IMG/VR virus record: IMGVR_UViG_3300036985_005960
Location: 1,765-65,764 of that record
Length of the DNA stretch: 64,000 bases
From: a virus
Taxonomy: Duplodnaviria > Caudoviricetes
Direction: 5' to 3' (one strand)
Part shown: positions 62,902-64,000 of the stretch, one piece after another
Position numbering within the stretch: the first letter of the stretch is position 1
Layout of the letters: every line of letters starts with the position of its first letter
Notes under the pieces: model-generated
What the model was told of the DNA's origin: nothing
What the model saw: the letters and a program-made list of their open reading frames with translations, nothing else
Database searches by the model: none
Position numbers and translations under genes: made by a program

Positions 62902-63024
62902 TTAAAACTGAAGAAATTTACAAATGACAATTCCAACGATAACTCCAACAGTGTATATTATAATAAAAAAGGTTCTTGCAATTCTCCATTCTAAATATTT
63001 TTGTTCGTCTTTTTCCTTAGTCAT
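62902..63024 (-). CDS. Small single-pass membrane protein (below the ORF-track cutoff)
   Basis: Manual translation MTKEKDEQKYLEWRIARTFFIIIYTVGVIVGIVICKFLQF*; its ATG overlaps the upstream TGA. Confidence 0.55.
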   Translation of the reverse strand: MTKEKDEQKYLEWRIARTFFIIIYTVGVIVGIVICKFLQF

Positions 63025-63203
63025 TTTTTAGTTCTTAATTTTTTGTTTTCTACTATCTTCGACATACCATATTCATTTAGAATAACACTAATTCGGCATT
63101 GGGATAAACCAAAAGCATTTGAAAGTTCCTTGAGAGTATTACCATCCTTAACGGCGGCAATAATCTCAAGATCTCTTTCTTTTTTATTTAAACTATAACC
63201 CAT
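63021..63203 (-). CDS. Small HTH DNA-binding protein
   Basis: RDLEII...GNTLKELSNAFGLSQCRISVIL. Confidence 0.65.
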   Translation of the reverse strand: MGYSLNKKERDLEIIAAVKDGNTLKELSNAFGLSQCRISVILNEYGMSKIVENKKLRTKK

Positions 63204-63460
63204 TAAACTGAAGTAGGTTCAAATCTAGAACTATGACACCAATGATTTGTAGGAGATAGTGTTTCTCTACATTTATAGCATTCTACAAAATTTAATTTTA
63301 AAGGAAGTCCAATGTTAAAGTGCTTTTCTCCACATTTACACACATAGACATCTTTTATATCATATAGAGTTCCCACTTTTACTTCAGGGCCTATTGAGTT
63401 ACCAGGCATTGGTTGGTCATTAATACATAATCCTGTATTAGGTTTAGTTAATTCTTCCAT
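63203..63460 (-). CDS. Small Zn-ribbon protein
   Basis: CKCG and CYKC pairs. Confidence 0.5.
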   Translation of the reverse strand: MEELTKPNTGLCINDQPMPGNSIGPEVKVGTLYDIKDVYVCKCGEKHFNIGLPLKLNFVECYKCRETLSPTNHWCHSSRFEPTSV

Positions 63461-63461
63461 A

Positions 63462-63875
63462 TTATTCTTTATGTTCCGGTATACAGGGGTGAGGAGCTAA
63501 TTCTTCACATAATTTGTAAATTTCTGACCAATGTGGCATACCTTTTACTTTCCATTCAATAGAAGAATCATCTATATAAGCTGTTGCCCATACTTTACGG
63601 GTATCTTCATTATTAAATTGTATTAATTCTTTTGGTCTCGCTGAATTAACTTTATCATAAGGAATACCGTTATCAAGTAAGTACTGTTCTGCTTCCAACT
63701 GGTGCATACCACTTCTGCAAGTCCATACTATAATAAAATAACCTTCATTATAAAGTTTATTAATAGCTTCTACAGCCCCATCTAATGGTTTTCCTATTTT
63801 AGGAAAAGCATCTCTATGTGCAATAGTAGCATCAAAATCAATACATAATACAATATCGTTTAATTTTTGTCTCAT
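63462..63875 (-). CDS. HAD-superfamily phosphatase
   Basis: IDFDATI, WTCR, RK, YIDD. Confidence 0.8.
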   Translation of the reverse strand: MRQKLNDIVLCIDFDATIAHRDAFPKIGKPLDGAVEAINKLYNEGYFIIVWTCRSGMHQLEAEQYLLDNGIPYDKVNSARPKELIQFNNEDTRKVWATAYIDDSSIEWKVKGMPHWSEIYKLCEELAPHPCIPEHKE

Positions 63876-63889
63876 TTTTATATTTAGTT

Positions 63890-64000
63890 TTAAAATTTTA
63901 TTGAATAGACAACTTCATTTTCTGATGAAGTACCTTCGTGTTCTAATTTCACCATTTTATTTTTGAATTCCCCTAGATCATCATATCTATCAAGGTTTTC
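63890..64000 (-). CDS. 3' end of a gene truncated by the window edge
   Basis: Open frame ENLDRYDD...YSIKF* running from the window end. Confidence 0.45.
   Translation of the reverse strand, partial: ENLDRYDDLGEFKNKMVKLEHEGTSSENEVVYSIKF

Overview
AT-rich fragment of a large tailed-phage genome, most likely Crassvirales-like with a Bacteroidota host. It reads in genetic code 11 and has two convergent gene blocks meeting at a terminator near 22.5 kb. The + strand block (1-22488) holds four very large putative virion-cargo/ejection genes. They include a 4913-aa two-barrel virion RNA polymerase (RIPSQG and DHDND motifs) and a 1520-aa PD-(D/E)XK nuclease/membrane protein. These Cys-poor proteins have a Cys within 5 residues of the C-terminus and another within 7 residues of the N-terminus of the next protein at all three junctions, suggesting a head-to-tail linked protein chain in gene order. 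The - strand block (22558-64000) holds host-takeover, nucleotide-metabolism and replication genes. These are an RNA-repair cluster (RtcB, CCA-type nucleotidyltransferase, DEDDh exonuclease, AEP-like protein), a Tad1-family and a possible Acb4-like signal sponge, an Hc1-like histone, nrdAB, dCMP deaminase, DNA ligase, a GroEL-like chaperonin, primase, a RecT-like annealer, two helicases, a MoxR/vWA pair and a 5'-3' exonuclease. The family A DNA polymerase is split by a group I intron (53522-54666) whose LAGLIDADG gene sits in the P1 loop. All assignments come from motif recognition by eye; no database searches were run.
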